From Candidatus Thiodiazotropha sp. (GTDB taxonomy: Bacteria; Pseudomonadota; Gammaproteobacteria; Chromatiales; Chromatiaceae), in the NCBI GenBank assembly GCA_040507245.1, contig JBEVVH010000002.1, positions 10,297 through 74,296 on the forward strand: DNA of 64,000 nt, written 5' to 3'. Each line of letters begins with the position of its first letter. Position 1 is the stretch's first letter. The notes beneath the pieces are model-generated. The model saw only the letters and a list, made by a program, of their open reading frames with translations, had not been told where the DNA came from and searched no databases. Below are positions 60,722 to 64,000 of the stretch, piece after piece. The position numbers and the translations under genes are program-made.

Positions 60722-62258
60722 CGGCCACCCCCCGCCACACATCCAGGGCTTCGCAAATCACCTCGTGGTCATCGAAGTGCAGAACCTGGTCGCCCACCAG
60801 CTGATAGTCCTCGTGACCCTTCCCGGCCACCAACACAAGATCACCCGGCCGGGCGTCCGCGATGGTACGGAATATCGCCTGGCGCCGATCTGCCTCCACA
60901 CTCACCGACTGAGGCGACGGGATGCCGGCCAGAATCTGTTCAAGAATACGTTCACTGGGTTCGGTGCGTGGATTGTCGTCGGTCAGACAACACACATCCG
61001 CGAGCCGCGATGCCAGCTCACCCATGATCGGGCGCTTACCCGGATCCCGGTCTCCACCGCAACCGAACACCACATGCAGACGCCCAGTGCAGTGGGCACG
61101 GGCCGCGAGCAAGGCCTTCTCCAGGGCATCCGGGGTATGCGCATAGTCCACCACCACGGAGGGCCGTGTCCCGCCACCCAGCAGCGCCATGCGACCTGGC
61201 ACCGTCGGCAGTCCGCCCAGCACCTCAACCGCCTTGCGCAACGACCAGCCCTGCTGGATCAGCACAGCGGTTGCCGCCAGCAGGTTCGAGGCGTTGAACT
61301 GACCCAGCAGGGAACTACGCAAGTGAAGCGCCTCCTGCGGGGTCACAATCCGAATGCTCAGTCCCTCGGGCAGGGTCTCCAGGGAACCGGCACACAGCCA
61401 TTCGTCGATCCCAGCCTGTTCCGCGGCCTCACAATCCAGGCTGTAACCGATGACACGCACCTCAGGCGCCAGCTTTTCAATCAGCTCCCGGCCAAAGGGG
61501 TCATCCAGATTGATCACCGCACAGCGCAATTTCGGCATCTGGAACAGCCGGGCCTTGGACGCGGCATAGTGTTCGAAACTGCCGTGGTAGTCGAAATGAT
61601 CCCTACTCAGATTGGTAAACACTGCGGTATCGAATTCGAGATCCGCCACCCGGCTCTGGTCGAGGGCATGGGAGGAAACCTCCATTGCCACGGATTTCGC
61701 ACCCTGATTGCGAAAATCCGCTAGCAGGGACTGAACCGTCAGCGCATCGGGGGTGGTCATGCCCGTGCTGACCAGGCTTCCCGGCAGACCGGCGCCCAGG
61801 GTGCCAATCATGGCACAGGGCTGTTCGCTCGAAAGCGCTTGAGCCACCAGTTGGCAGACACTGGTCTTGCCATTGGTGCCAGTAATACCGATCAGGGTCA
61901 TGTGCTGACCGGGATCGTCATAAAACCGCCCGGCCAGGTGACTGGCCTGCGCTGTCAGCTGCGGCACCGGTATGACCGGGGTCTCCCCGGCATCCAGGCG
62001 GGACGCAAGGGCTTGCACCTCATCACTCTGCGGCTCCCAGACGATGGCGGCCACACCCTGCTCCAGGGCTCTCTGCGCGAACGCCAGACCATGCTGGCGG
62101 GTACCCGCGCAGGCCAGGAACAGATAACCTTCCCCCGCCTTGCGGCTGTCCAGGGTAATACCCCGGATATCACGATCCTGCACAGACGGAACCTCTACCA
62201 GACCATCCAGCAGTTGTGAGAGCCGGTGCGCTGCAGGTACCCGGGTTGAGGCCATCAT
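60714..62258 (-). CDS. murE: UDP-N-acetylmuramoyl-dipeptide-diaminopimelate ligase
   Basis: GITGTNGKTS, MEVSSH, DYAHTPDA, DDNPR (meso-DAP specificity motif) and AGKGHE motifs. Confidence 0.98.
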   Translation of the reverse strand: MMASTRVPAAHRLSQLLDGLVEVPSVQDRDIRGITLDSRKAGEGYLFLACAGTRQHGLAFAQRALEQGVAAIVWEPQSDEVQALASRLDAGETPVIPVPQLTAQASHLAGRFYDDPGQHMTLIGITGTNGKTSVCQLVAQALSSEQPCAMIGTLGAGLPGSLVSTGMTTPDALTVQSLLADFRNQGAKSVAMEVSSHALDQSRVADLEFDTAVFTNLSRDHFDYHGSFEHYAASKARLFQMPKLRCAVINLDDPFGRELIEKLAPEVRVIGYSLDCEAAEQAGIDEWLCAGSLETLPEGLSIRIVTPQEALHLRSSLLGQFNASNLLAATAVLIQQGWSLRKAVEVLGGLPTVPGRMALLGGGTRPSVVVDYAHTPDALEKALLAARAHCTGRLHVVFGCGGDRDPGKRPIMGELASRLADVCCLTDDNPRTEPSERILEQILAGIPSPQSVSVEADRRQAIFRTIADARPGDLVLVAGKGHEDYQLVGDQVLHFDDHEVICEALDVWRGVADA

Positions 62259-63991
62259 TGCTGTGCCCCCAGGCGCGCCATCAGCTGATTCCCGCGCCAG
62301 TTTTTATCCGGCGGGATATTCAGCAAGCGCAGGGCGCCGCTCATCACCTTGGAAAATACTGGAGCCGCAACCAGGCCACCGTAATACTCCTCACCCCGGG
62401 GCTCATCGATCAGCACCGCCATCACCAGACGGGGATGACTCGCGGGCACCATCCCCACGAACAGGGAGAGATACTTGTCCTCTGCGTAGCCACCGGCCAC
62501 CGATTTCTTGGCGGTACCGGTCTTCCCCGCCACCCGGTAACCGGGTACCGCGGCCAGGGGGGCAGTACCATCGGGCGCCACCACCCCTTCGAGCATTCGC
62601 ACCACACTGCGGGCCGTACTCTGGCGCACGACGCGATCGCCTTCAGGAATTTCGTCCACCTTCAGCAGGGAAACCGGGAGACGCACGCCGTCATTGGCCA
62701 ACACCGCATAGGCGCGGGCCAGTTGCAAAGGTGAAACCGAGAGACCGTAGCCGAAAGACAGGGTGGCCTGTTCAAAGGTCGACCAGTCACTGAAATGAGG
62801 CAGACGCCCGCTCGACTCACCGGGAAAATGGCTGAAGGGGCTCTCACCGAGGCCCAGCTTGGTATACAGGGACCAGAGCACTTCCGGCTCCATGGACAAC
62901 GCAATCTTGCTGGCCCCCACATTGCTCGACTTGCTCAACACCGTGGCCACATCGATCATCCCGTAGTTGCGGGTGTCGCGCACCAGGTAACGGCCGACCC
63001 GCATCTGCCCCGGGGACACGTCAATCGGGGTATGAGGCGCATATCGACCCTGCTCCATTCCAGCGGCGATGGTGAACGGCTTGATGGTAGAGCCCGGTTC
63101 GAACACGTCGGTCACCGCCCGGTTGCGCAGGCTGTCGAGTCGCCGTCCGCGCTGGGCATTGGGGTTGAACGACGGACTGTTGACCATCGCCAGGATTTCA
63201 CCGCTACGCGCATCCAGGATCACCGCGGAGCCTGAACGCGCCCGGTGTTTGGTCACTGCCGCCTTGAGTTCCCGGTAGGCGAGAAACTGCAGTCTGCGAT
63301 CGATACTCAGCACCAGATCCTTGCCCGGCGCGGGACTCTGGATGTTTTCGACCTGGTTCACCACCCGCCCTTTACCATCCTTGATGACCCGCTTCGCGCC
63401 CGGGGTACCGCTGAGCCAATCATCATAGGCCAGCTCCATACCTTCCTGACCCTGGTCGTCGATATTGGTGAAACCCACCACCTGGGAAGTCACCTCGGCA
63501 CTGGGATAGAAGCGCCGATATTCGGAAAGCAGGTCGATACCTTCGATATCCAGGGTTCCCACCCGGTCCGCCTGATCCGGATTGATGCGCCGCTTGAGGT
63601 AGACGAAGCTCCGATCCTGGGAAAGTTGCCGGCGTAACCGGTCCGGATCGAGATCGAGGGTCGAGGCCAGAGCGCCGATGGTCTGGCTGTCGGCCTTGAG
63701 CAGCCGCGGATTTGCGGCCACGCTCTTCACCGGGGTGCTGATCGCCAGCGGTTCGCCGTTGCGATCGGTGATCATGCCCCGGCTGGCATTGACCGTGATG
63801 GTACGCAGGTATCGGCGCTCTCCCTGCTCCTGGAGAAACGCGGTCTCGAACACCTGGCGATCCACCGACTGCCAGATCAGGGTGGCGTAGGCCAGGCCCA
63901 GCACCACCAGCACGGTCAAGCGCCGGGCGCGAAAACTCGGCTGCCGAACCACCTCCGCCTGCTGTGCCTTGCGTTTCTTGCTGCCTGCCAT
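62255..63991 (-). CDS. ftsI: Peptidoglycan transpeptidase FtsI (PBP3)
   Basis: RGMITDRNG, EPGSTIK (SxxK), SSN (SxN) and GKTG motifs. Confidence 0.98.
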   Translation of the reverse strand: MAGSKKRKAQQAEVVRQPSFRARRLTVLVVLGLAYATLIWQSVDRQVFETAFLQEQGERRYLRTITVNASRGMITDRNGEPLAISTPVKSVAANPRLLKADSQTIGALASTLDLDPDRLRRQLSQDRSFVYLKRRINPDQADRVGTLDIEGIDLLSEYRRFYPSAEVTSQVVGFTNIDDQGQEGMELAYDDWLSGTPGAKRVIKDGKGRVVNQVENIQSPAPGKDLVLSIDRRLQFLAYRELKAAVTKHRARSGSAVILDARSGEILAMVNSPSFNPNAQRGRRLDSLRNRAVTDVFEPGSTIKPFTIAAGMEQGRYAPHTPIDVSPGQMRVGRYLVRDTRNYGMIDVATVLSKSSNVGASKIALSMEPEVLWSLYTKLGLGESPFSHFPGESSGRLPHFSDWSTFEQATLSFGYGLSVSPLQLARAYAVLANDGVRLPVSLLKVDEIPEGDRVVRQSTARSVVRMLEGVVAPDGTAPLAAVPGYRVAGKTGTAKKSVAGGYAEDKYLSLFVGMVPASHPRLVMAVLIDEPRGEEYYGGLVAAPVFSKVMSGALRLLNIPPDKNWRGNQLMARLGAQQ

Positions 63992-64000
63992 GATCAGTGC

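Noticed and set aside
63992-64000. Possible 3' end of ftsL
   Set aside because: Expected from dcw synteny, but only 9 nt are visible, so it cannot be supported.

Overview
64-kb, GC-rich, mostly core-genome segment of a gammaproteobacterium. The gene content and the tkt-gap-pgk-pyk-fba operon with a Calvin-subtype aldolase suggest a Chromatiales-like, possibly chemoautotrophic lineage; this is inference. Left to right: a frameshifted TetR regulator divergent from an alpha/beta hydrolase; a long minus-strand run relA-rlmN-pilW-rodZ-hisS-yfgM-bamB-der (no ispG) that continues into an SPL-like radical SAM gene, putP, a SCO gene and a His-rich membrane chemoreceptor; DUF1015; a candidate GacA/UvrY-controlled Csr/Rsm sRNA; folK-folB/plsY; an MBL hydrolase; two small uncharacterised genes; purC; a glutaredoxin; tkt-gap-pgk-pyk-fba; metK-(SAH riboswitch)-ahcY-metF; an RpfC-like hybrid kinase; a PilZ protein; mutT-argJ-secA-M23-dciA-lpxC; and the dcw cluster from ftsZ to ftsI. 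I found no rRNA, tRNA, CRISPR array, integrase or transposase. The most interesting signals are non-coding or small. These are the Rsm-type sRNA with its GacA box, a family of three intergenic palindromes with heptamer-repeat arms (one containing a nested REP doublet), a 61-codon ORF overlapping both murC and murB, an SPL-like enzyme apparently lacking the catalytic Cys, and a SCO/His-rich chemoreceptor pair. All family assignments are from motif recognition, not database searches.
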